From NCBI GenBank assembly GCA_009103225.1, contig RHPI01000797.1, positions 557,064 through 620,877 on the forward strand: a DNA stretch of 63,814 nt, written 5' to 3'. The notes below the pieces were generated by a model that was not told the DNA's origin, made no database searches, and saw only the letters and a program-made list of their open reading frames with translations. Shown here piece by piece: positions 11,688 to 23,956 of the stretch; position 1 is the stretch's first letter, and the number at the start of each line of letters is the position of its first letter. Position numbers and translations under genes: made by a program. This DNA is from Chlorokybus atmophyticus (taxonomy: Eukaryota > Plantae > Mesostigma and Chlorokybus algae).

Positions 11688-12573
11688 CTGCCCAAGGAGA
11701 CAAGCCGTCAAGAAGTTTGCAAGTGCACGATTACACTAGCACATGAGTTGTGCGCTGAAAGTGTTAAAATATGTTGTTTCTTTCTCGTTGATTTCAAAGT
11801 GCTATACTTGGGTTAAACAGCCCGTAATATAACTGCCCAACACCTCTCATCAAGATACTCGCTTGTAAACAAATCGCACGCGAATCCACGCGACGATTCA
11901 CAAGCTGTAGGCACTTAAAGTTTTCACTTTGTACAACTCAGCGCAACTCACAATTGCAATTGACACACAAGGTGCAAAAATCTCGCTGAATCAGCCCTAC
12001 AGGCCAATATCGACAAGTTGTGAGTCGTGAGTTTGATATCGGCCGCCCAGAATAACTCTAGCGGCCTCACCGCGCTGACTAGCAGCCGAAATAGCCGATG
12101 TTGCCACCGGACTGCTTTTAAAGGACTGTGTAAATGATATAGCACATTCGAAGTACTGCAACCAGCATCCCAGCTTACACCACCACGAATCCACGTGGTG
12201 GCAATGTCCCAAGCACACACAAGTGTTTATAATAATATAAAGTACTACGTGATGTGCTGGATATGCAATGCCTACAGGAGAAAGCCTGAATGGCCGCCTC
12301 CCCTAACAGCAAGCTAGGCTAGGCCAAGCAAGCAAGCAAGCAAGTAAGCAAGGCTAAGCTAAGCTAAGCTACACCAGCAGCAGCGTTATGCACAACAACA
12401 ACAGCAACAACTAACACCACTACCCACCCTAACTTGTGGATAGTTAAGCTAGCGCCGCCGCCGCCGTTGCCGCCGCTGCTGCGTCGCCTGTTGCGTCGCC
12501 TACTGCCGATAGTTGCTGCCGCTACTGCGCCGCCAGAGCCGCCGCCGCCCCCCACAAACCCCTCGACGTCGTT

Positions 12574-12585
12574 GCTCCGATACCA
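12574..12585 (-). promoter_or_regulatory. Primer-binding site (tRNA-iMet type) of element 2
   Basis: Plus strand GCTCCGATACCA = minus strand TGGTATCGGAGC, 1 nt from the LTR end. Confidence 0.92.
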
Positions 12586-12586
12586 A

Positions 12587-12920
12587 TGTAAGGAGGGGAG
12601 TGCTACCGCCCCCTTTAATCCCCTACCCCAACACCACCAACCACAGCAACGTCGCCGCCGCCGCCGCTGGCAGCCAGGGGATCGAAAGATCCCCTGGCTA
12701 TGGCGGTCGCTGCGTTAGCAGCGCCGCCATGCGGCCGATATCGACTTGAGACTCATGAGACTCATGAGTCTCATATCGATATCGGTGTTAAATAACATAA
12801 CACCTTATTAGGGCCTATAAAAGCCCTAATACGACTTGAATGGCTGTGTTTATCCCGTTGGGACCCTTATTTCTCAATAAATAAGGGCGGGGAATCGCAT
12901 AGCGGTAGCACTCCGTCACA
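12587..12920 (-). repeat. 5' LTR of element 2 (334 bp)
   Basis: Homologous to 6317-6617 with several short insertions; TG...CA termini. Confidence 0.95.
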
Positions 12921-14444
12921 GAAATGATCTCCACCCCAGAATGTAATAATGTTTGGCCAGTTGTTGTCCCCCGGCATTGACTTACATTCAGTCATTCACG
13001 ATTTTCAGGGGGGACTAAAAACATGAGCGCTCACGCTCCATTTGGCGAAGTGGGGTTCCATCTGCTCGATAGTCTCCTCGGGAGATCAAACCACCTCTCA
13101 ACCAATGCTCTGACGAAACGGGTAGCCCCCTCTGCTAGAACACATTTTTGGCACAGCTCATTAATAAGGTCTGCATGTAACCCCATCCTGGGAGTGCTGG
13201 TGGCTCAGGGGTTCCCTTTCGAGTAACCAATGTCATGGAGTGTATGCTGCCATCCAGCATGTTAGCCAAGCTGGGCAAGAGAGCAAGCTTAGCATTGGCA
13301 TTAGCATAACATGGTTTCCTTTGCTATAACTGCATAGTTGCTGCGTTTTCGCAAGGCTTGCATCGACTCCCATAATGCCGTCCCGCAAGATGTTGCGACA
13401 ATTCGGTGTCTCACAAGATCTACCTTCAAACTAGTGTGCTTGTAGCATTTACTCAGCAACCTGGAACAATCAGCATTGCAACCGTCAACTTTGCACTTCC
13501 GCCCGCTACAGGTGAGTCAAAATTAAGTTAGCAATTAGTAGCACATTACAATAAGTAGTACGCAGGCTCAGCACGTTAATGCAGCATGCAGTAACACATT
13601 ACATAGTAGGGCTTACTTGGGAAGTTCGGCGTTTTTCTTTTCCACACCGTTGGAAATGGGTTTCGGCAAGTCAGGCTGCATTCGCAACATTGTAATGGAC
13701 GGAGCCGGACATAGATTGCGGATTTTGTAAACTTCATGGCGAATCCGTTTATGTGTTATGTCTGTAGCCGAAATATTGTTGCAACCTATCACAAACGGCA
13801 CTCCGCCGGTGACAATTGTGAGCATTAAATCCTTAACAACGTCAAAAATTCGGCGTTGACATAATAAAAGACCTAAGTTGTGAAAAAGGCATGTGTAAAT
13901 CGTGATTACACTTGTAACCAAATCATTAACAAAGCAACTATACTCCCCAACGCAATTGAGGACGCGGCGACAGTATGAAAAAGCATTAACGCTGCATGCA
14001 AAAGCTACACAGATCATCATGTATGTTGTGGTCGGTTTCATTAATAGTACGAGAATGTATCCTTAACAAGCTGTGTGTTACGATCATTACTTTGCATTGT
14101 TACAAACCTTAAAAAGTTAATGACCTCATCATTGCCAAGTTCAACCCCGCGCCCTATATATGGCTTGCCCCGCGGCCTGCTAGTAGCAGGCCGCGGGGCA
14201 AGCAAGTACATGTAGAAGGCTGCTACTTGCATGTCTTATAATTAGTACTAGCACATGAGTTAAAGACTTCCCCAACGCCGCAAACAATCCTGCCGAAACA
14301 GGTGGCGCAAAGAACTTAATGCAGAAACATCTACCAGCAATCAAACGCTACGATCGGACGGGACGGCAGGTCTAACACATTCTTCATCCTCAAGTCACTC
14401 GCATCCCCGTAATTTCCTTCACGATTATGTATTAAGAATAAAAA

Positions 14445-14645
14445 CACGTGTACCGGTAGCCGTATATATATACATATATATATACATACGGCTCCGGCTT
14501 ATACATGTATATACATCCAACTATATATATATAAGGATGTATATGCATATATGTGTATACTGTCTGCAGCTGCAACAATATACCGGTATCGGTAGCCGTG
14601 TATATAAATATATATATATATACACACATATATATGCAGCTGTTG
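14445..14645. repeat. AT-rich (TA)n-type degenerate repeat with nested inverted repeats
   Basis: Motif (TA)CCGGTA...GGTAGCCGT occurs twice; ATACATCC...GGATGTAT inverted pair; long TATA runs. Confidence 0.7.
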
Positions 14646-16746
14646 GTGCATGCGTTGCGTGATACATGCATGCAATCCATTTAACACTTCTGCGGCACGT
14701 GAGACAATTGAGGCAGCCGTTTAACATGTCATATTAGTTACCAATGCAATCAATGAATGCATCTTGTGTCGTTGTAGTCTGGTTAATTAGTGCTTAGGTC
14801 TTAGGTCGGAGGATGACTTGTTAACCCAACCAGCTCGTCCGCACAAGTTCGAAACTCGGTGACGAAGTCGCGAACCCCACTGCGTTACAACTTTTTGGGT
14901 TTTTGCGCGTCGCAAACTGCGGCCATAACAAATTGGTTTAGATCACGCATTAAGTTGGATCCCCTTAATATATAATATAACTAAAAATTAGTACAAGATG
15001 TGGATATTAGTAAGTTTAAAAAAGAAGGGTATTAAACTTGATGCACACCAACTACTTAACTTTAATGGTAGCTAATTACCAAATACATTGTGGCTGCAGC
15101 ACGAAAAAATTCAAATTCCGATACGTTGCTTACATGCGGATCCCTAATTAAGTTATAGCTAAATCTCCATTTAAGTTGAGGGCAAGGCCAACATTTGGGA
15201 CTGTTGGGGGGCCATTTCTACCGGTGCTACCGCGTGTGGGTAGCACAAAAGTCTCCGCTGGTATTTCAGTGCCGTGCACCCATTCTTAGTGCAATATTGA
15301 GAAACTGCCAAAGCACACAGCTTGACTGCAAGTATTCTTTCATGCTGTACAATGCAGCACACAACGCATCTGAGACTCCATTTTGCGGCCTCTTCCCCCT
15401 TGTGGTACCCGCAGTACTTTCCTCCTTTGTTTGTTATCCCATACACAGTAGCCCCGATCGGAATGCGCGTGCAACCATCCACCGTACAATGCCTTTTAGT
15501 GTCCTTTCTTATGCGGTAATCCCACTCTTGATGGGAGCAAAGAACAAGGGTTTTTGTGAGGCAGTCACCCGCAGTGCACCACTGCAACCCGTCAAGCATG
15601 CAGCCAAACGACCATAAGGGCCGCAACATACGCCTCACGGGCTGGCAAGCGTGCAGGCACGACACAAAACACATCAGACGACTTGAAGTTGCACGACCCA
15701 AGGCGCACCGTTTGCCAGGCGTCTTACAGGAGCTTTACTCCAACCATGCAAAGCAGCAATGTGCTGCCCACAGTGTTGCACATTACCTGGTGGTGATATA
15801 CACGTGCACTGTACTGTGTGATGTATACTGAAAAGGGCAGCATGGCGGCGGCGTCTGTGCCTTCGGCGGCTTCTGGTGGACAGGGCAGCGCCTGCTTCAG
15901 CGGGAGCGGTCGCTGCTTGCGACGACGCAGAAGCATCATGCTCATCCTGAATGCGTCATCCTGGCCTGAAGTGACGTGAAAGCTGTCGCAAGCTGACGGC
16001 TTTGATGGAGTGGACAAGCGCAGGAGTGGGCATGCAGTGGGTTGATCGCAGCCTGGCATTGCGACGCAGCCCTGAAATGGGCAAGCTTCGTGGCTATGAA
16101 CGTGTCGTAGACCTCCGCCCTTGGTGGTGGTGGTTTGAGCGAGGCGGCTGCCGCTGGCTGAGCATGCGCTTGCTTGCGTGATTCAGCCATGCTGTCGTGC
16201 AGCACAGCGCTTGAGGGAGCAGGTTTACTGGTTGTGACGGCTTTAGCTTGAGGCGAAGGAGTTGCAGCTGCGCCTACCGACCGCAGCTGCCGCCCTTGGA
16301 AGCGACCAGCTTTGACGCTGGGATTCACAGAGGTGCGTGTATAATCTAGCCGTAGCATGCAAGTGACCGCTTTTGGCAATGTAAAAGGGCATTGCCTTGT
16401 TCAGTGTTGCAGTTGTCACCACAACTCGCCTTCTGTTGCTTGGCTGCGCCGTAGTATGTTCGTTTGCCTGCTGTTCTGTGCATGGGCGTCAACAAGCTGT
16501 CACGTTGGGCTGTGCCTCCTTCGCAGCACAGCCCATTTTGGCATCACTACGGCTACTGTCTTATTGCAAGCGCAGCAATGCTATGCAGTTGTAGTGCATG
16601 CTGCATTCTGAAGTCTTGTCTGTTGGTCTCTCAGTCGGTTGTGCACCAACACAGAACTTGTCTTTAAGCAACCTTGAACACCAGTAGCTTGCCTCACAGT
16701 TCAATCAGGCTGAAGCCTTACCCTTGTCGTCTGTGTAGGCCAGGAC

Positions 16747-19700
16747 ATGGCGTGCGACTACAGCCTGTTTCAGGATCCGGAGAAATTCCGTGATCCTGAA
16801 AGCGGAACTCCATCTCCAAACAGTACTACATTCCATGATGCTCTGCTCGACGAGTCACCAGGCACGCGGCCAGCAGAGCGGTCCACAGCAGCAGCAGCAG
16901 CAGCAGCTGCCAACATCAGGTCGCTGTCGCTACCATTGAAGCAGCTCTCGTCTTTGGGCCGTGCCGGTACCCGTGAGGAAGAGCAAGAGGTCCAGAAGAG
17001 CTTTCCCAAAACGGACACACCTCCCTCAGCCACGCACGGCGAGTATCACCGTGCGGCCACCATCGGCGCACGTGCTGACGGCCGTCCCTCACCTTATACT
17101 GCTGCCAGCACCATTGCCAAGCGCAATGCATCAAGCAGCGTGGAGCTCAGCCAGTCAGGCGTGGCGCACGTTGAATTCTCAACGCAACATTCGTCCTCGC
17201 GTATCCCTTCTCCCATCAGGCAGCCATCCAACTTGCTGTATGGCACCGTATCCACTGAAGGGCCAGCAAGTCTACAGCACCTGGAACCTGTCAGTATCGG
17301 TGGGCCTCAAGCAGGGCCTGCCGTTCTCCCTCGTGACAAGGACAATGATGACGCAGAAGAGCAGAAGGGCTCGCTTCTCATATCACTCAAGGACTGGCTC
17401 TCCCCTCATGCTGCTTCTCTTGGGTCCGCTTCCGCAGGGTCTGGTGCGCAACAGTCGTGTGTGTGTGTATGTACTGTGCTATTGTGTTACGTACTTGTGA
17501 CAATTGTTTTTTGAGCAGCAGTTGCCAGCACTGTTGCGTGCAGGGCAAGTTGCCTAGCTTTGTGCTGATCACGCGGCATGCATTGCAGTTCGTATGAGGC
17601 TGATGGAGATTCGCGCGTATGCACAGAAGCTAAAAAGATTGAAGGTGCCTTGCTTTGCATATCTTAGCAATGAGCATGTACCTGGAGTATCTAAACCAAT
17701 CGTCGTAGGTTGCACCGCCCCCATGCTCAATCACATGGCAAGATTTCACGTATGTACAGCGCGTCAAGTATGAACACGAGGTGAGGCACCTACCCACACA
17801 GACGCGCGCACACAAACTCGCGCATGCACATGCACGCACACTCGTGCACGCGCTTGCAAACACAAGGTTGCACGCGTGCGAGTCCTTTCGTGTGCTTGTA
17901 AGCTTGCACACACGTGCCAGCACACCTCTCCGTACTCACAGACGTGTGCACATAGGCATTGGTGTGCACGACGTGAGACATGTATACACGCTTTCACACA
18001 CATGCATGCATGTCAGTGTGTGAGCGCGTATGTGTACATGCACGCAAGAGCTGGCGACAGCTGAAAGTATGGCGGCCACAGATTGTTTCCACTGTGTATA
18101 GGAAATCTATGCACATTGACAAATGTTATCTTGCAGGTGGTTGACGTTCCCAAGGCCGTAGTAAAGTTCTTCAAGAAGTTGCTGTGCATGTCTCACCATA
18201 TCAAGGAGCCCGTGTTGCACAAGTTAACTGGGTTTACAGGCCCCTCTGACAGGCTACTTGTCCTCGGTATACAAAGTCTGGTGCACTGCATTGCTCGCCA
18301 GTGTATTGTAAATTTGCTCTCCTGCTAACTGCGTGACTCAGGTCCACCGGGTAGCGGTCGCAGCACCTTCCTTGCAACCATTTCTCAAAGGCTCCAACAG
18401 GCGCACATAGGCAAAGTCTCAGGCCGCATTCTCTACCGGGGTGGAGATGCGACTGCGTCAATTGTCAGGTCTTCAAAGTTGATGAGTGATGTGTTAAAAT
18501 TGTCCATCCGACTAACAGCATCTTGTTGAACAGAACTGTGGCATACATCTCTTCGTGTGATGAGCATCACGCCAAACTAACTGTCCGCGAGACCCTGGAC
18601 TTTGCCGGTTATCTTCTAGTTCCAGATAATGTGGTGTTGGGCAAAGCAATAAAGCAGACGACCCCAGAGTTAGCGGTTGTTGTGGGTAGAAGCCGAACAG
18701 ATGTTGCCTTGGAGGTAAGCGTTCAGCTTGTACTTATTGGTTGTCTTCTCTCAGAAGGACAGTTCAATATGGCAGTGGTGGCAGACAGAGCGACTATCAA
18801 CTGAGAATGGACACTGTAATGCTTGCGTGCGCGCAGTTGTTCGCGTTGAAGTTGGTGGCAAACTCGCTTGTGGGCGATGCATATCATCGTGGCATATCTG
18901 GTGGTGAGCTGCGACGCCTGAGCTTTGCCGAGGTACCAATTAGGCTGTGACCTGCGAGGCTTGAGTCAGTGTGTGCACGGGCTACTAGTTGCCACCCAAG
19001 TCATTAGCAAGTGTTGGCAGTCTTGACACTCTATGCAGGTCGCGTTTGCTGACCACCTTGTGAAAACTTGCAGATGGCAATCTCTGGCGCCCCTGTCATC
19101 TGCGTGGACGAGCCAGTGCGCGGACTTGACACACCCATCGCTGTGTTCATCCTGCAGATGCTGCGTGTTTTTGCAGAGCAGCTGGACTTTTCAATTGTTG
19201 CAGGCATGACCAGTGCCACAGACGAGATGTACTCTTGTTTCAATCTTGTCTTGGTTCTTGTCAAGGGACGCAGCGCCTACTTTGGACCGGCCCAAGGCAA
19301 GACCTGCTGTACCAAGTCTACAGAATGCTACAAGACCACAAGGCCTAACAGCTTGTGTATGGTTTTCCAGACGCGGCGTCATACTTTTCTTCATTGGGGT
19401 TTTTCCGCCCACAAAATGTTCAAGTGGCAGACTTCCTGGACCTGGTCGTGCAGGACATAGGTCGTACCCTTATCAAACCACAAATTGATCCCTCAACTGT
19501 TCCAGCCACGCCCATACAGTTTGCTGAGGCTTACCAGGTACTTTGTCACCTTAATGGCCCCTGTCACACATTCCCACTGCAGATCTTGCAGTGTATGTTC
19601 CATCTTTCCCTCTCTATCATGCCACTGTGTTTGACTAAGTGTGCTCACGGTTCGCAATGCACGCAGAGGTCTTCACATGCTAGCTCTGCTGCAAGGACGA

Positions 19701-22700
19701 TTGAAGCACAACTACAACTGCAAGGCTCCCCAACACACCCTCAGACACCCTCATACCGCGAGAAAAAGTACGCCAGGCCTTACTTCAGCCAATTCAGAAC
19801 AGTGCTCTTCCGGCAACTGCGCTTGTCTACGCGCAAACTTAATTTGCTGACAGGTACAGTTACAAGGTACTTCTGTCCAGCAGGCTGCTGGACAGAAGTA
19901 CCGCACAGCATTACGTGCGCTGTTGGCTGCATTATTCAACGCTGCACGGGCTTGAAGCTGTGCTTGCAGTTGCACGTCAACTGTGCATACCGCTCTGTCT
20001 TCAACCATAACTTGTGTGCGCAGCACGCCTTGCAAACTATATTGTTGTCGGCTTGCTAGCGGGCTTCATGTGGTTCCAGACGGGTCTTAGTTTCAACGGC
20101 TTCTTTACCAGGGTGATGCATCTGAGCAGTCGTGCTTGTTGCTGCTGGCATGGTTCGATGTGTCTTCAGTTACATGAACTACATCGGCTTCTGCAGGCTG
20201 GCTACCTGTTTTTCATTGCCACATTTCTTGTGAACACATCCTTTACTCAAATGACCATCCTGTACACGCAACGGGCCGCTTTCTATAAGCAAGCGCACGC
20301 CAAGTTTTTCCGTACATCAGCGTTTTTCCTGGCATTTACCATTGAGGACATCGTGTGGACCTTGGTGACAACCTTTACATATGGGACCATCGCCTACTGG
20401 TTAGTAGGTAAGCTGCGTTGGTTCTATCCAGTAGTGGTAGTCACTGTGTTACCTGTGTGTTGTGTGCATGTGCCCTGCTTCTGGACTGAGTTGCTCACTA
20501 TGTCGTCTCATCACAGGGTTGCATCATAGGGGTGCTCAGTTCTTCTACTTCCTGTTCATGCTGCTGGCTGCGGACTTGCAGCTGGCGGCCTTGCACAGGT
20601 TTCTTGGGGTTATCTCCCCAAGCATTGAGGTGGCGCAGTCCATTGGACCCGTCCTCAATGGAAGCATGCTGTTCCTCTCTGGCTTTGTACTTATCAGGAC
20701 TGCCATCCCTAAGCCTTGGATATGGGCGTACTGGGTGAGTTGATAAGCAAGCCACTCTCGGGTAGTCACCACCAGCAGTGGCAATGGTGTATCGCTATTG
20801 ATGCTTGTATGAATGAAGTGTATTAACAGTTTGATTGCCACCGCATGCAGATTAATCCTCTCCGTTATGTGATTGAGGGTTGGTTTATCAATGAATTCAA
20901 GGGCGAAACCGTGACGCTTACCCCTCCCCCTACCCCTCCACCGCAAGTTGATGGCGGCGTGCTGATCGGCACTGTCTTTGGAATGACTACAGTCACGGCT
21001 AGTCGCATGTGGCTGGATGTTGCGGTTGTGTGGATATATTACTTCTTCTGGGTTGTTCTTGGAACAGCCGGTTTGCGCTTCATGCGCTATGACTACAAGC
21101 AATGGCGCAAAGGCCTGGTAAGGTTAAGCACTGGTGCAGCGCTCAGGAGACAAGAGTTCCGCATTGATGCCTTGTATTTGTGTGTACTTGTTGTGCTGCA
21201 AGTATTTGCATGATTTACCCAATGCTACAAGACATCTTATTGCATTTGGCAACAACCTCTTGATTGACCATTGCAAGCATTGCCTAGCGACAACAGCTTA
21301 TCAAGTTGTTGGCTGCAGGTGCTTGAAAAAGACGACCGAGCAGCGTGGTTGCTTGAGCGCCAACCCTCTGAAATTGATCGCCTGGAACCCCCTCCCTTTG
21401 TGCACGAGCAGTTCGTCCCGGCGTGCTTTACCTTTCTCCACGTTTCCTACATACTACCACAGTCCGAACGAGATGCTTTTGGCAACAAACAGGGCCTGCA
21501 AGCCATGCCGGTTGTGTCAGACATCAGTGGCTATGCTTTGCCCGGCAAAATTACCGGCATCTTGCATCCAAGCGGCGGTGGCGCATCCACCCTTCTTGAC
21601 GCGTTGTCGCACCGCAAGGTACTTCGCCAATGGGATGTGGCTACGCAATCCTCATATGAAATCAGTGCGCTGCTGTGTAGTGTTGTAGGCTGATGCCTCA
21701 TGCAATGCAGAGTCACGGCACAGTCTATGGTGATATCAGGATCAATGGCAAAGTTGTTGGACCCGAGTATAAACGGATTCTTGGGTATGCCGAACAGTTT
21801 GAAAACCAGCTAGCCCGTGCGACTGTTCATGAGGCTGTCGAGTTCAGTGCCCACTTACGCTTGCCTGCTTGCGTTCCGGAAACATCCAAGCACGCGATGG
21901 TGGAGGTTGTTATGTCAATCATGGGCCTGATCCCGTATGCTAACCGCCCTATTGGGCAACAAGATGATGTTGGCATCCCAGCAGGTGTGTCAATGACGCA
22001 GCGTCATTAAACACGCATGGTGTGCTTGCAAGCTTGACGCAATGCTCATGAACACCTATCACAACAGGAGTTCGGAGGCGTTTATCCATTGCCGTGGAGC
22101 TTGTGGCAAACCCTTCCATACTGTTGTGCGATGAGCCCACCACGGCGCTTGACACAGCAGCAGCACTGACCATTATGGAGGTGATTAAGCAAGTTGCGGT
22201 CACGGGACAACGCACGGTGATGTGCGCCGTCCATCAGCCTATCCGAGAGATTGTGGAGCTGTTTGACTACGTGCTGATAATCACAGCTATCGGCCGCTGC
22301 GCTTACTTCGGCCCGGTCGGCAAAGATGCTTGCCATGTCAGGGCATATTTCGAGCCGCTACTACCCGACCAGGTGTTTCCGGAACGCAACCTGGCAGACG
22401 TTGTGTTGGAGTTGGCATCCTTTGAGGAGGGTGAAATGGTCGCACGCGCATGGGAAAGATCGGAGCAGTATTGCACGGTGCTGCATGAGCTTGGTACAGA
22501 CACTTCACACGATTCAAATGCTGCCGGCATTCTTATCGTATCCGCTGAGCTGCGCAATGCGCCCTTTATTCTACCACCACGCCCTGGATATGTAGCTCAA
22601 GTGGGGCACTTAACTCTGCGCACGCTTCGCGACAACTGGCGCAACACGTACTTCATCTTGTGTCGCTGGAGCGCGGTGTGCATCTTGGGCTTTGTTATGG

Positions 22701-23956
22701 GGACCCTGTTCTTCCGTCTGCCTCTATCACAAGTAAGTATATATACTTATGCGATGGTTGCAACTGTTGGGGTGCTTCTGTGTCCTTTGCTGCGTGCAAG
22801 GACTAATTCCTAAGCTTCGCACAGACTCCCTCAGACTCATCAGGAACGCGGGGCCGTGTTGGGTTCTGGTTTAACCTTGCAGGTATAACTATGAAAAAAT
22901 GCAGCCACCACAAAGGCATGATGGCTGTTTGCTGATGATACGCAATGACAGTGATGGTTTGCTAGATCACGGCTGACAAGCCGCGTGGTATGTTGTTGCT
23001 TTGCAGCCATGCAAGTGGGAACAGAACTGCTGGCGGCCAATCCAATATACGATCAGAAGCCAGCCTACTTCCGAGAGCGCGCGTCCGGGACGTACTCGCT
23101 GATGGCATTCAACATCGCCACGTTTCTTGGTGATGTGCCGTACTTCCTTGTCGGACACACGCTGTTCTTCTCGCTGTACTACCCACTGGCTGGCATGAAC
23201 TCCAAGTTTGGTCGCATCATGGGTTCATATTGGATCAACGCACTCTTTTCCTGGATGCTTGTGTGTCAAGGCCAGCTGTTCGCCATCATCGCAAGCGACA
23301 AAGCCCAAGTGGCTATCATGGGTCCTCCTGCCGCTAACGCGTACGTGCACGTGTGTTGCTACTGCACGCATCTGTGTGCCATCAGCGTGGCTCCAGTACA
23401 ACACAAGCATCCTTTGAGAGAAACCTTTCAACTTGCTGTCGTGCAGCCTGTACGAGACACGCTTACTCCTACTGACATTCTGATGTCCCTCTGATTTGCA
23501 GAGTGGCCCTAACTGGTGGCTTCCTAATCACACAGTCACAGATACCAAAGGTTCTGGTAAGTTATAATACTGTGTGTATAAAAAAGAAGCTAGCAGAATT
23601 AACACTATAACAGCTGCACGCAGCATGCATTGAGTTTAGGGTCGTGGGTGAGTAAGTTCTAAGTGTGCTTGCAGGTCTGGCTATACTGGGCATCGCCTCT
23701 GCATTACTACATGGAGGCCGTCAGCTCCGTGGAGTTGCACGGACGCACGTTCAGGTGCGAGGGGCCTCCAACCCCTTTCCCGCAGAACTGTGTGCCAGGC
23801 ATTGAGTTCCCAACGGGCGACGCTGTCCTCGCAGCCTACGACTGGAAGTTCAGTCACCTTGGCCGCGACATCGCAATACTGGCGGGCTTCGCCGTTTTCC
23901 TCATGTTTGTGGCTAAGCCGCTTGCACTCAAGTTTGGCAATCCTGTCTTGCGCTAA
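16747..23956 (+). CDS. Full-size ABCG (PDR-type) transporter, NBD-TMD-NBD-TMD, roughly 20 exons
   Basis: NBD1 GPPGSGRST, RGISGGELRRLSFAE, ICVDEPVRGLD; TMD1 (FYKQAHAKFF). NBD2 HPSGGGAST, RRRLSIAVELVANPSILLCDEPTTALD, AVHQP; TMD2 (YFRERASGTYS, WLYWASPLHYYMEA). Long low-complexity first exon; the start codon is the best guess. Confidence 0.93.

Larger units (their letters stand above)
6317..12920 (-). mobile_element. Ty3/Gypsy chromovirus (element 2), structurally complete but decayed
   Basis: LTRs 6317-6617 and 12587-12920 (TG...CA); PBS 12574-12585; PPT 6618-6627; TSD GAAAC (6312-6316) / GAAAT (12921-12925). gag-knuckle, PR (FLVDTGATHNFV), RT, RH, IN and chromodomain (VEWKGYGVEHNTW) on the minus strand. 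Confidence 0.97.
5753..15701 (-). pseudogene. Degenerate multi-exon gene or transposon relic with repeated C-x4-C-xn-C-x2-H fingers, interrupted by element 2
   Basis: Minus-strand fragments CTVDGC-x19-CGYH and CTKNGC-x10-CYPH (15.2-15.5 kb), CKVDGC-x10-CYKH and RSCETPNC (13.4-13.5 kb). A clean GTAAGC...CTGTAG intron (~13615-13508). Protein-like frames with stops and frameshifts continue on both sides of the LTR insertion. Confidence 0.45.

Noticed and set aside
12310-12580. Gly/Ala/Arg-rich ORFs and AGCA/AAGCT repeats next to the element 2 PBS
   Set aside because: Low-complexity untranslated leader of the retroelement; no coding evidence.
1-12920. RIP-like or targeted C-to-T hypermutation of the retroelements
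   Set aside because: LTR differences are transition-biased, but lesions include transversions and indels with no single dinucleotide context; consistent with ordinary decay plus some methyl-C deamination.
14041-14232. GIY-YIG-like motif (FYMYLL...KPYIG) in a 63-aa ORF
   Set aside because: The spacer is encoded by the perfect DNA palindrome at 14163-14203, and no downstream Arg/Glu catalytic motifs were seen; likely coincidental.
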